In this document: positions 29,588 to 39,284 of the stretch, piece by piece
Numbering within the stretch: position 1 is the stretch's first letter
Layout of the letters: the number at the start of each line of letters is the position of its first letter
Source: an uncultured Actinomycetota bacterium
GTDB taxonomy: Bacteria > Actinomycetota > UBA4738 > HRBIN12
DNA length: 64,000 nucleotides
Reading direction: 5' to 3'
Assembly: GCA_963788925.1 (NCBI GenBank)
Contig: CAWBIH010000002.1
Coordinates: 664,115 to 728,114, forward strand
The notes under the pieces: generated by a model
The model's input: the letters and a program-made list of their open reading frames with translations, nothing else
Told to the model about the DNA's origin: nothing
Database searches by the model: none
Made by a program: the position numbers and the translations under genes

Positions 29588-32500
29588 CTATGCGTCGTCG
29601 TCGACCACGTTCACGGCCGCTTCGAGGAGTGCCGCGAGCGCTCTTCGAGCCCGTTCACCGTCTTCCAGCTGCTCGGCCCATCCCATGGCACCGGCGAGAT
29701 CGCCGAGAGCCATCCTGGTCCGCAACCCCTCTGCTCGAGCACCCTGGGCCTTCGCCACTTCGAGGCTCCGGTCGAACAACGATCGTGCTCGGCGCCGACG
29801 TCCGGCGAGAGCGGCCAGGTGGGCGCGCTCGCGTAGGACATGCGGGAGATCGTTGCGGTAGAAGCGCGCTCGGCGCCCTGCCTGCCGGGCGACGAGCCTC
29901 GCGCGGCGGAGGAGGGCCGCGCGAGCGCGTCGATCGACGTCGGGGGTGGTCTCTGCTGCCCGGCGCAAGGCCGTCAGGAGCCATGGCCGAACCGGGCTGA
30001 CGCCCGCATTCTTCATGCCGGCCAGCCGGAAGAGACGCTGGCTCTCATCGAACGCCGCGATCGCCGCCGATGCGTCGCCCGTACCAAGGAGGCGAACGCC
30101 TTCTGCTTGCATGACGCTCGCCAGCGTGAGCGGGTCCTCGCTCGATCGCTCGCGCTCCATGCGGATCAGGTCCTCCGGGACCTGGCCGCCCGTGGCCTTG
30201 GCCCAGCCCTCCAACCCGATCCCCCGGGCCTGGGCGTCGCCGATCTCGAGTCCGGCCTTCCTCGCGACCCGACTCATCTCCGCGGCGCCCCGTAGATCGC
30301 CGAGCCGGTACAGGGCCATCGCGATCTGAAGGCGGCAGTTGTTGATCTCCCACTGGTCGCCCGTCGCTTCAAGGAGCTCAAGTGCTTCACGCATCCGCTC
30401 CAAGGACCGATCGAAGTCCGAAGCCGCGTAGAGACCTGCCCCCCAGAAATGAAGGGATTGTCCCTGACCCCATCGGTCGCCGACCTGGACCCGGATCGCG
30501 TGCGAGCGCTGTGCGAACCGAACACCTCGACGGTGCCACGGCAAGAGCATCATCGCCGGTGCATGCTCGGAATAGGCTTGCGCGAGTTCGGGCGTCGGGG
30601 GATAGCGTTCGGCCAGATTCAGGGACCGGAGATGCGTCCAAAGCGTCGGGACCTTCCCTCGCTCGAACCACCATGCGTACCCGAGTCGCCCGTGGAACCT
30701 GGACGCCAGCAGGTCGGTGCGTGCTTCCTCGGATGGCCGCCGTCCCACGAAGACCCGTGGGAAGACGGAGTGAGCGGTCTGCACCAAGACCTCCCAGGCG
30801 AGGAGCGGAGCGACGACCGCCCGGCTGGTCGGCACGCGCCGATCGATCATCTGAAGGGCCTCCCGGATCGCGGCGGCCGCGGTCCGGGCGTCGCCACGCT
30901 TGAAGGCGAGCTCGCCGAGCTTCCCGAGGATCGTCGCTGCCTGCAAGCCATCGGGCACCAACCCGCGAGCTTCCTCCAACCATTCGGCCGCTTCCTCATA
31001 CGAGCCGCGGAGCATGAGCACCTCCCCGAGGTCCTCCGCGACGCGCGCCCGAGTCTCGACGTCTCCATCCGGGATGCCGCGCGCGGCGATGCGGTACATC
31101 ATCTCGGCGCTTTCGAGCGCCTGACGTTCCCGCGCCAAGGCCGCAGCGACCATGGCCTGTGGCAGCGCTCGCTCCGGGGCTCCTCCCTCGTCGAAGTGGA
31201 ACGCGAGGTCGAAGATGTCGCCGGGCCGATGTCGCTCGATGAGCTCCGCCGCCGCGAGGTGCAGCGACCGGCGCTCCGTTCCGGTCAACCGTTCCAGGGC
31301 ACCTTCGCGGACCTTGTCATGCACGAAGGAGAACTGATCGCGACGTTCGGTTGGCCAGATCAGACCGGCTCGCCGTGCCTCCTCCACGATCGCGCCCGAG
31401 CGTTCGGGTTGCACCGAGGCCAGTTCCGCGGCCTCGGCGACGGAGGCATGGTGGCCCAGGACAGCGCCTGCGGAGAGGAACCCGAGGGTCTCCTCCGCGA
31501 GGCGGCCGAGCCGATGAAGCACGACCATGGCCGCCTCGCCCGACGACGTCAGCTCGGCGAGCGTCTGGGGGTCGACCTGCCACCCTCGATGGCCCGGCCG
31601 AAGCGCACCGGATTCGACCATCGCTCGGACGATCGAAGTGAGGACGAACGGTCGACCGCCGGAGACGCGCTTGATGACCGCGTGCGCGTCGTCGGGGATC
31701 TGACCGATCATCGACGTCACGAGGTCGCGCGTGGCCGTAGCGTCGAATGGACGGAGCTCCACGGTGCTCGCGTTCGGCCAGCCCGACACCGGATGGCCTT
31801 CACCGATCTCCTCATGGCGGAGCGCCGCCACCACGCTCACGTAGCCACCGGGCCGGTCTGCCGCCCATCGGCCGACGACCTTGAGCGAGAGTTCGTCTGC
31901 CCATTGGCAGTCGTCCAGGAGAAGGATCGCGGGACGGCCGTCCCATCCAAGGGCCTCGAACAGAGCCTTCAGCGCGTCCAGGATCCGGCTTTCCACCGAT
32001 CGACTCGCCCCCTCCTGTTCGGCGATGGCGAGGAGCTCCGTCAGCGAGGGGAGGACCGTCCTCAGTTCGGGTCCCCACCGGCCCGTGGTCTGGGCGAGGT
32101 GCTCAGCGTAGATCGGGTCGGCCGCCGCCGCCTCGAGGAGGGACGAGGCGAGCCCGTCAAGCAATCCGAATGGTCGAGGTGCCTCGAGCTCTCGAGCCTC
32201 GGCACGCAGGATGAGATCCCCATGTTGCGCTGATCGGTCTGCGATCTCGTCCAGGATGCGGCTCTTGCCGTTCCCGGACAACGCCTCGAGCCGGATGAGT
32301 CTTCCGTGCCCCTGCCTCGCGTCGGCGAGCAAGTCGTCCAGCTCGCCGAGTTCGTACGTTCGGCCGACGAGCCCCGCATCGGTCGGCGTCGTCCGTTCGT
32401 CGTGCATCCCCACGACGAGAGGGGGGTCCGTTTCACCGAGCTGAAGGCGCCGCTCCGTTTCGAGGAGATCGCTAAGGGCAGCGGCGGCGGAGGTGTAGCG

Positions 32501-33250
32501 TTCTCGCGGGTCTGACCGCAGGAGCCGATCGAGGATCTCGTCCAGGACCCGCGGCGCGGACACCCCGTGCGCCCGGACGCTGGTTGGCGAGCCGAACAGC
32601 TGCGATCGGAGAAGCGCACCCGCGTCCTCGGCGGCGTGCAGCGGCGTCCCGGTCAGGCATCCGTACAGGACGGCGCCGAGAGAGTAGAGGTCCGATGTCA
32701 GGCCCACCGGCCCCCTGGAGTCGCCCGATTCCTCCGGTGAGCGGTACCAAGCGAGATCCTCCGTCGCGGAACCCCGTTCTTCGACCCTGCCTGGCTCGCT
32801 CGCGCTCGGATCCACCAGCCACGCGCGACCCGTCGCCGGATCGAGGATCACGTTCGCGGGTTTCACTGCTCCGTGCACGAGCCCGAGATGGTGGATCGCG
32901 TCGAGCGCCCGGAGGGAGTCGATCGCGACGGTGAGAGACGTTCCGAGCGGGAGCCGTCCGTTGTTGATCATGCCGTCCAGCGGGGTGCCTTCGATGAACG
33001 GGCGGATCATCCGTGTCCTGGCGCCTTCGCGTTCCACCCCCCAGGGCAGCACCAACCGGGTCCAAACCGAGCGCTTGAGATCCGCGGGCGGGAACGCGCG
33101 GACCGGCAGGTGCAGTTCCTTGATGACCCATGTCCCCCCCGACTCGGTATCTCGACCGAGGAGGGTCACCGCCTGGTCCCGGCGTGAGAGCACCCTTTCG
33201 ACGTCAATCCTCTCGGTGGAGGGCGCTCCCTTCGATCCGTGCCCGGCCAT
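29588..33250 (-). CDS. Degenerate Ser/Thr kinase + STAND-like AAA ATPase + TPR-like helical protein
   Basis: HGAVKPAN, YRSPE, SDLYSLG; LVGR..EL, SGNGKS, LLLDDCQWAD, GGRPF, FVHDKVRE; helical repeats. Confidence 0.85.
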   Translation of the reverse strand: MAGHGSKGAPSTERIDVERVLSRRDQAVTLLGRDTESGGTWVIKELHLPVRAFPPADLKRSVWTRLVLPWGVEREGARTRMIRPFIEGTPLDGMINNGRLPLGTSLTVAIDSLRALDAIHHLGLVHGAVKPANVILDPATGRAWLVDPSASEPGRVEERGSATEDLAWYRSPEESGDSRGPVGLTSDLYSLGAVLYGCLTGTPLHAAEDAGALLRSQLFGSPTSVRAHGVSAPRVLDEILDRLLRSDPRERYTSAAAALSDLLETERRLQLGETDPPLVVGMHDERTTPTDAGLVGRTYELGELDDLLADARQGHGRLIRLEALSGNGKSRILDEIADRSAQHGDLILRAEARELEAPRPFGLLDGLASSLLEAAAADPIYAEHLAQTTGRWGPELRTVLPSLTELLAIAEQEGASRSVESRILDALKALFEALGWDGRPAILLLDDCQWADELSLKVVGRWAADRPGGYVSVVAALRHEEIGEGHPVSGWPNASTVELRPFDATATRDLVTSMIGQIPDDAHAVIKRVSGGRPFVLTSIVRAMVESGALRPGHRGWQVDPQTLAELTSSGEAAMVVLHRLGRLAEETLGFLSAGAVLGHHASVAEAAELASVQPERSGAIVEEARRAGLIWPTERRDQFSFVHDKVREGALERLTGTERRSLHLAAAELIERHRPGDIFDLAFHFDEGGAPERALPQAMVAAALARERQALESAEMMYRIAARGIPDGDVETRARVAEDLGEVLMLRGSYEEAAEWLEEARGLVPDGLQAATILGKLGELAFKRGDARTAAAAIREALQMIDRRVPTSRAVVAPLLAWEVLVQTAHSVFPRVFVGRRPSEEARTDLLASRFHGRLGYAWWFERGKVPTLWTHLRSLNLAERYPPTPELAQAYSEHAPAMMLLPWHRRGVRFAQRSHAIRVQVGDRWGQGQSLHFWGAGLYAASDFDRSLERMREALELLEATGDQWEINNCRLQIAMALYRLGDLRGAAEMSRVARKAGLEIGDAQARGIGLEGWAKATGGQVPEDLIRMERERSSEDPLTLASVMQAEGVRLLGTGDASAAIAAFDESQRLFRLAGMKNAGVSPVRPWLLTALRRAAETTPDVDRRARAALLRRARLVARQAGRRARFYRNDLPHVLRERAHLAALAGRRRRARSLFDRSLEVAKAQGARAEGLRTRMALGDLAGAMGWAEQLEDGERARRALAALLEAAVNVVDDDA

Positions 33251-33252
33251 GG

Positions 33253-33669
33253 TCAGTCCTCGGGCGGCTCTACGAGCTCCCGCTCGCGCGCCGACATGAT
33301 CGAGCGCAGCTGGCCCGCGATCTCGGGCATCTCCTCCTCGATCACCTGAAGATCATCCGCGCTCACGGTGACCGCCCGGATGGGCGACGTGACCCGGACG
33401 GTCGCCATCCGACGCTGGAAGCGCAAGAGCGCGATCTCGCCGACCACGTCGCCCGGACCGATCGTGCCCACGGTCTGGCCGTCCTTCGTGACCTCTGCCG
33501 TGCCCTCCTCGATCACGAACATCTCGTACGGGATCGACCCCTGTTCGAAGAGCACTTGCCCTTCGGATGCCTCCGTCTCACCGACGTGGTGCGCGATCGT
33601 GGAGAGGTCGTGATGATCCAGTTCCCCGAAGAGAGGAAGCCGTCGCAGTCGTTCGACATCCACGGTCAC
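33253..33669 (-). CDS. Stand-alone cyclic-nucleotide-binding domain protein
   Basis: LPLFGEL, GQVLFEQG, GPGDVVGEIALL...RMATV. Confidence 0.92.
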   Translation of the reverse strand: MTVDVERLRRLPLFGELDHHDLSTIAHHVGETEASEGQVLFEQGSIPYEMFVIEEGTAEVTKDGQTVGTIGPGDVVGEIALLRFQRRMATVRVTSPIRAVTVSADDLQVIEEEMPEIAGQLRSIMSARERELVEPPED

Positions 33670-35039
33670 GACGAGATCCTGCTCCGGGGCAGGAATCTTC
33701 CCTGCCCCTCCTTCCCGTGGAACTCACCGTTCTCGACCAGGACGTTCCCTCGCTGCATCACGATCTGCGGTAGCCCATGCACCGTTCGCCCTTCATAGCA
33801 GGAGTAGTCGACGTTCATGTGGTGTGTCTCGGCCGAGATCGTGCGTTCGTGATCCGGGTCGAAGACGACGATGTCCGCGTCGAACCCGGGGGCGACCGCT
33901 CCCTTCCGCGGATACAAGCCGAACATCTTGGCGGGCGCCGTCGCGACGATCTCCACGAAGCGGTTGAGGCCGATCCGGCCGTCGACGACGCCCTGGTAGA
34001 GCAGCGTGAAGCGGTCCTCGACCGACGGGAGGCCGTTCGGGATCTTGGAGAAGTCGTCCTTGCCCAGGTCCTTCTGTCCCCGGTAGTTGAAGGGCGCGTG
34101 ATCGGTGGAGACGACCTGGAGGTCATCCGCCACCAGCCCCTTCCAGAGCTCGTCTTGATGGTCGGCCGTGCGGAGCGGCGGCGAGCACACGAACTTCGCG
34201 CCCTCGAAGCCGGGCCGAGCCATGTCGTCGATCGAGAGATACAGGTATTGCGGACACGTCTCCGCGTAGGCCGCGACGCCCCGATCCCGCGCGTCGCGGA
34301 CCGCGTCGAGCGCGTCCCGCGACGACAGATGGACGATGTACGCGGGCGCGCCGGCAAGCTCGGCCATCTTGAACACCCGGTGGACCGCTTCGCCCTCCAT
34401 GACGGGCGGACGCGTCAAGCCGTGATTCACCGGATCCGTCTTGCCCTGCTGGAGGTACTGCCGGATCAAGACGTCGATGGGGCCGCCGTTCTCGGCGTGC
34501 ATCATGATCAGCGCGCCCGAGTCGGCGGCGCGCTGCATCGCCTGGAAGATCGCCGCGTCGTCCAGCATGAACACGCCCGGGTATGCCATGAAGAGCTTGA
34601 ACGAGGTGACCCCTTCACCGACGAGGGTGTCCATCTCCTTGAGTACCTGGTCGTTGACCTCCCGGACGATCATGTGGAAGCCGTAGTCGATCTGCGACTT
34701 CTGCGCCTTCTCGTGCCACCGATCCAGCCCGGTGCGCAGGCTCTCGCCGTAGTCCTGCAGGGCGAAGTCGACGATCGTGGTGGTGCCGCCGAAGGCTGCG
34801 GCACGCGTGCCCGTGGCGAAGTCGTCCGAGCAGAAGCTCCCACCGAAGGGCAGGTCCATGTGGGTGTGAACGTCGATCGCTCCGGGCATGACGTATCGGC
34901 CGGTGGCGTCGATCGTCCGATCCGCCTCGACGGCCATCCCGTTCCCGATCGCCGCCACCTTCTCCCCATCGACGAGGACGTCGGCCGCGACCGTCTCGGT
35001 CGCCGTGACGACCGTGCCTCCCTGGATCAGTGTCTTCAC
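33666..35039 (-). CDS. hydA: Dihydropyrimidinase (D-hydantoinase)
   Basis: PGAIDVHTH, SFKLFMAY, MHAENG, ETCPQYL, STDHAPF, IPNGLP. Confidence 0.95.
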   Translation of the reverse strand: MKTLIQGGTVVTATETVAADVLVDGEKVAAIGNGMAVEADRTIDATGRYVMPGAIDVHTHMDLPFGGSFCSDDFATGTRAAAFGGTTTIVDFALQDYGESLRTGLDRWHEKAQKSQIDYGFHMIVREVNDQVLKEMDTLVGEGVTSFKLFMAYPGVFMLDDAAIFQAMQRAADSGALIMMHAENGGPIDVLIRQYLQQGKTDPVNHGLTRPPVMEGEAVHRVFKMAELAGAPAYIVHLSSRDALDAVRDARDRGVAAYAETCPQYLYLSIDDMARPGFEGAKFVCSPPLRTADHQDELWKGLVADDLQVVSTDHAPFNYRGQKDLGKDDFSKIPNGLPSVEDRFTLLYQGVVDGRIGLNRFVEIVATAPAKMFGLYPRKGAVAPGFDADIVVFDPDHERTISAETHHMNVDYSCYEGRTVHGLPQIVMQRGNVLVENGEFHGKEGQGRFLPRSRISS

Positions 35040-35061
35040 GGACTCGGGTCCTCCTCTCCCA

Positions 35062-35907
35062 CTAGGGGAGCAGCTGGGTGAGCTCGCCGTAGAGCTCCGG
35101 GCGTCGATCGCGTAGGAACTGCCAGGTGTTGCGGACATCACGGATCATCTCGAGATCCAGGTCGTGCACGAGCACCTCGTCCTCGGAATCCGACGCCTGT
35201 GCCACGATCTGTCCGCGCGGGTCGCAGAAGTACGACGATCCGTAGAACTTCGCGCTCGAGAGCGGCTCCTCGACCCCCACGCGGTTGATGGCGGCGATCC
35301 AGTAGCCGTTCGCGACCGCCGTCGCCGGTTGCTCGAGCTCCCAGAGGTACTTCGAGAGCGACTCGACCGTCGCCGAGGGGTTGAAGACCAGTTCCGCTCC
35401 CTTGAGCCCGAGCGCGCGGCCGATCTCGGGGAAGTGGCGGTCGTAGCAGATGATGAGGCCGATCCTGCCGACGGACGTGTCGAAGACCGGGTACCCGAGG
35501 TTGCCGGGCTTGAAGTAGAACTTCTCCCAGAAGCACGGTCCGACGTGCGGGATATGCGTCTTCCGGTACTTCCCGACGACGGTCCCGTCCCGCTCGATCA
35601 CGACGGCCGAGTTGTAGTACACGCCGGTCTGCGCTTCCTCGAACCACGGGACGATCAGGACCATGTGGTGGGTCTTCGCGACCTCGCGCATCCGTGTGAC
35701 GAGCGGGCCGTCCTCGGGTTCGGCGGTCGCGTACCACTTCGGGTCCTGCTCGGCGCAGAAGTACGGGCCGTGGAAGATCTCCTGCAGGCACGTCACCTCG
35801 GCGCCGTCGGCCGCCGCCTTCGCGATCAGCTCGACGTGCTTGTCCACCGCCTCGTCCTTGGACATGTTCGCATGCGCTTGGATCACCGCCGCCCTGACCG
35901 TCGTCAT
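35062..35907 (-). CDS. Nitrilase-superfamily beta-ureidopropionase-like amidohydrolase
   Basis: Catalytic triad LQEIF, KYRKTHIP, ICYDRHFPE; FWEKFYFKPGN. Confidence 0.92.
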   Translation of the reverse strand: MTTVRAAVIQAHANMSKDEAVDKHVELIAKAAADGAEVTCLQEIFHGPYFCAEQDPKWYATAEPEDGPLVTRMREVAKTHHMVLIVPWFEEAQTGVYYNSAVVIERDGTVVGKYRKTHIPHVGPCFWEKFYFKPGNLGYPVFDTSVGRIGLIICYDRHFPEIGRALGLKGAELVFNPSATVESLSKYLWELEQPATAVANGYWIAAINRVGVEEPLSSAKFYGSSYFCDPRGQIVAQASDSEDEVLVHDLDLEMIRDVRNTWQFLRDRRPELYGELTQLLP

Positions 35908-36947
35908 CGTCCGTGCACCTCCGCTCTCGTTGAAGGCGTTCCCGAGGAGCGGAACACCGGCAGCACGTCCCTCCCGAAACCCTCGATGGTTCCGGCTGGC
36001 CCTGGATCTTCCTGCATGGAGTAGATGTTGAACTGCGTCACGCCGAGCGCCTCGAGCTCGCGGAGCTTCGCGATGCACTGGTCCACGTTGCCGAGCACAC
36101 AGAATCGGTCCACGACCTCGTCGGTCACGAACGCTGCATGCTCGGCGCCGGTCCTGCCGTGCTCGGCGTAGTCGTAATGGTCGCGCGCTTCGATGAAGTC
36201 GGTGAGCTCCTGTGGGAGATCCGCGTCCGCGTACCGCTTCACCAGATCGACGACGTGGTTCGACACCAGCGCGGGGAACCAGCGGACCTGATCGCGCGCC
36301 TTCGCCGTGTCCTCGGAGAGGTAGGCGGGCGCGGCGACCTGGATCTGGATGTCCTCGAAGGCGCGTCCGGCTTCCTCCGCACCTTCGCGGACATATCCGA
36401 GCGACCATTCCAGGATGAACGGGTCGGCGAGCTGCATGATCAGGCCGTCGGCCACTCGGCCGCAGGCTCGGAGCGCTTTCGGTCCGTAGGCCGCTACCCA
36501 GATCGGGAGGCGGTGGCCTTCGCTCCACTTGAGCTGGAGCGGCGTGCCCTCGTAGTCGACCTCCCTGCCCTCGGCCAGGTCCTTGATGAACCGGCAGGCA
36601 TGCTCCATCTGCTCAACGGTGACCGGCTTCTGACCGATCACGCGCCGAGCGCTGTCTCCGCGACCCATCCCGATGTCCATCCGGCCCCCCGAGACCTCCT
36701 GGAGGGTTGCCATCGCGCTCGCGGTCACGGTCAAGTCTCGAGTCGCCGGGTTGGTCACGCACGGTCCCAGCCGAACCCGGCCGGTGCCGGCGGCGACCAA
36801 CGCGAACGTCGTGTAGAACTCCTGCCACAGCACGTGGGAGTCCCACGCCCACACGGAATCGAACCCGTGCGCCTCGGCGAGCTTCGCCCATTCGACGGTT
36901 CTCGATACCGGCGGGTCGAGCATGAACGTGACGCCGAAGGAGAGCAC
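35904..36947 (-). CDS. LLM-class F420-dependent oxidoreductase (TIGR03842-like)
   Basis: WDSHVLWQE, GPCVTNPATRD, GRGDSA, AAYGPKAL, WFPALVSNHVVDLV; pyrimidine operon context. Confidence 0.88.
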   Translation of the reverse strand: MLSFGVTFMLDPPVSRTVEWAKLAEAHGFDSVWAWDSHVLWQEFYTTFALVAAGTGRVRLGPCVTNPATRDLTVTASAMATLQEVSGGRMDIGMGRGDSARRVIGQKPVTVEQMEHACRFIKDLAEGREVDYEGTPLQLKWSEGHRLPIWVAAYGPKALRACGRVADGLIMQLADPFILEWSLGYVREGAEEAGRAFEDIQIQVAAPAYLSEDTAKARDQVRWFPALVSNHVVDLVKRYADADLPQELTDFIEARDHYDYAEHGRTGAEHAAFVTDEVVDRFCVLGNVDQCIAKLRELEALGVTQFNIYSMQEDPGPAGTIEGFGRDVLPVFRSSGTPSTRAEVHGR

Positions 36948-37098
36948 CCTGGTCGCTGCCTTTCTCGTTCCTCGGTCGTTCCGGCCGGTTGCCCGGCTAG
37001 GCGCATCGTAGGGGCGTTGCCACCGGGCGAGCAATCGATGCTCACGCGGGGTCGAGACGGGTTCGCGCGCAGGGCCTTCGCATGCCAGACTCGTCCGG

Positions 37099-38376
37099 AT
37101 GACGGTGCAGGGCTCGCTTGCTGCCGATCCGGACACCTCGTCCGACGGTCTGTTCGAGGCGGTCCAGGGTCACCTCGACCAAGCGGCCGACCGGATCGGC
37201 TTGGACGACGGCGCACGGAAGGTCCTTTCGACCCACCGGCGCGAGGTGGCCGTCTCGGTCCGGGTCTCCCGGGATGACGGCTCGTTCGACGTGTATCCCG
37301 GGTGGCGGATCCAACACAACGGCGCCAGAGGTCCGTTCAAGGGAGGCCTCCGTTTCCACCAGAACGCATCCCGCGACGAGTTCCGCTGCTTCTCGGCGCT
37401 GATGACGTGGAAGACAGCACTCCTGGACGTTCCGTTCGGCGGCGCCAAGGGCGGTGTGAAGGTCGACCCGAAGACCCTCTCCGTCAGCGAGCTCGAGCGG
37501 CTCTGTCGTTCCTACTTCTCAGCCATCGAGATGATGGTCGGTCCGTACCGCGACATCCCGGCCCCCGATGTCAACACCGGTCCCCGGGAGATGGCGTGGA
37601 TGTACGACGAGTACTCGAGGTCGCGAGGCGATTCCCCTGCGGTGATCACCGGGAAACCGGTCGGGCTCGGCGGTTCGCTCGGCCGGGACGCCGCGACCGG
37701 ACGCGGTGCGCTCTTCGCGCTCGATCGCATCGCTCGGTCCAGGCGCTGGACCCGTGAACACATCCGAGTCGCGGTCGAGGGTTTCGGCAACGCCGGCGCC
37801 TGGTTCTCGCAGCTCGCCCATCAGATGGGCTATCGGGTCGTGGCGGTCTCCGACTCACGAGGAGCGGTCGTGAACCCCGAGGGGCTCATCCCGCACGACG
37901 TGCTCGCGCACAAGCAGGAGACCGGAAGCGTCACGGGGTTCAAGCAGGCGGACTCGATCGACGGCGACGACCTGATCGGAGTGGAGTGCGAGGTGCTGGC
38001 TCCTGCCGCGCTCGAACGTTCGATCAGAAGCAACAACGCCGAACGGGTGCGCGCGAACCTGGTCCTCGAACTCGCGAACCACCCCACCACACCGGACGGC
38101 GATCTGCTCCTGCATGACCGCGGCGTATGGGTCGTTCCCGACATCCTCGGTAGCGCCGGCGGCGTCACCGTGAGCTACCTGGAATGGGTGCAGAACCTCC
38201 AGCGTGAGCGGTGGAGTGAGGAGCGAGTCAACGGACGGCTCAAGGAGTTGATGGAGTCGGCGACCGACCTCGTCCTCGAACGCGCGGATGAGGGCGGGAT
38301 CCCTCATCGGATGGCGGCCTACGAGATCGCGATCGAGCGGGTGGCGGAGGCGGGCCGTGCCCGCGGCTGGCACTAG
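37099..38376 (+). CDS. Glu/Leu/Phe/Val dehydrogenase (hexameric GDH type)
   Basis: GPFKGGLRFH, FGGAKGG, DIPAPDVNT, ATGRG, EGFGNAG, GGVTVSYLEWVQN. Confidence 0.93.
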   Translation: MTVQGSLAADPDTSSDGLFEAVQGHLDQAADRIGLDDGARKVLSTHRREVAVSVRVSRDDGSFDVYPGWRIQHNGARGPFKGGLRFHQNASRDEFRCFSALMTWKTALLDVPFGGAKGGVKVDPKTLSVSELERLCRSYFSAIEMMVGPYRDIPAPDVNTGPREMAWMYDEYSRSRGDSPAVITGKPVGLGGSLGRDAATGRGALFALDRIARSRRWTREHIRVAVEGFGNAGAWFSQLAHQMGYRVVAVSDSRGAVVNPEGLIPHDVLAHKQETGSVTGFKQADSIDGDDLIGVECEVLAPAALERSIRSNNAERVRANLVLELANHPTTPDGDLLLHDRGVWVVPDILGSAGGVTVSYLEWVQNLQRERWSEERVNGRLKELMESATDLVLERADEGGIPHRMAAYEIAIERVAEAGRARGWH

Positions 38377-38384
38377 CTGCGACT

Positions 38385-39284
38385 TCAGCCCTTGGTGCCC
38401 GTCAACGTGACGCCCTCGATGAAGGCCCGCTGCGCGAGGAAGAACAGGATGATCACCGGCATCACGAACAGCACCGCTGCGGCCATCGTGAGGTTCCATT
38501 CCACGTGGTACTGACTCCGGAACTCCGACAGGGCGAGCGAGAGCGTCCATCTGTCCGGGTCCTGGATCAGGAAGAGGAGTGGTGAGAAGAAGTCGTTCCA
38601 TGAGTACAGGAACTGGAACAGGGCGACGGCGGCGATCGCCGGCTTCGCGAGCGGCACGATCACCCGGGTCAGGATCTGGAACTCGCTCGCACCGTCGACC
38701 CGAGCGGCATCGGAGAGCTCCGACGGGATGGTCAGGAAGAACTGCCGGAGCAGGAAGATCGTGAACGCGTCGCCGAAGAACAGCGGCACGATCAACGGCT
38801 TCATCGTGCCGATCCATCCGAAGCGCACGAACAGGATGTAGAGCGGGACGATCGTGACCTGGACCGGCAGCATGATCGTGGAGAGGACGACCAGGAACGA
38901 GGCGTTCCGGCCGCGCCACCGCATCCTGGAAAGGGCGTACGCGACCGGGATGCACGAGACGACGACGCCGACGGTCGCCAGGGTCGAGATCGTGACCGTG
39001 TTCAGGGTGTAGCGGAGCAGGGGGATGCGGTCGAACACGTCGAGGAAGTTGCCCCACCGGAACGGGTGCGGCCAGAAGTCGGGCGTCTTGGCCTGGCCGT
39101 CGGTCATCAGCGCGGTCAGCACGATGAACGCCATCGGCAGGAGGAACATGATGCTCACCGCGATCAGGGCCGCGTGGTTCCCCACCTCGGTCAGGAATCG
39201 GCGACGTCGGACGGCAGGAGGGATCGGCCGCCGCGTCCGGGCGGCGGCGGCGGAGACCGGGCGAGCGGTCGTCGCGGTGGCTAT
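38385..39284 (-). CDS. Carbohydrate ABC permease (MalG/CsnG-like); probable ATA start in an ATAG overlap
   Basis: EAA loop DAARVDGASEF, SWNDFFSPL; SD GGAGGG upstream of ATA at 39284. Confidence 0.92.
   Translation of the reverse strand: MATATTARPVSAAAARTRRPIPPAVRRRRFLTEVGNHAALIAVSIMFLLPMAFIVLTALMTDGQAKTPDFWPHPFRWGNFLDVFDRIPLLRYTLNTVTISTLATVGVVVSCIPVAYALSRMRWRGRNASFLVVLSTIMLPVQVTIVPLYILFVRFGWIGTMKPLIVPLFFGDAFTIFLLRQFFLTIPSELSDAARVDGASEFQILTRVIVPLAKPAIAAVALFQFLYSWNDFFSPLLFLIQDPDRWTLSLALSEFRSQYHVEWNLTMAAAVLFVMPVIILFFLAQRAFIEGVTLTGTKG

Noticed and set aside
29588-33669. Calling the STAND + cNMP pair an Avs or Pycsar anti-phage system
   Set aside because: No nuclease, TIR, SIR2 or TM effector, no cyclase, and no defence-island context or compositional anomaly.
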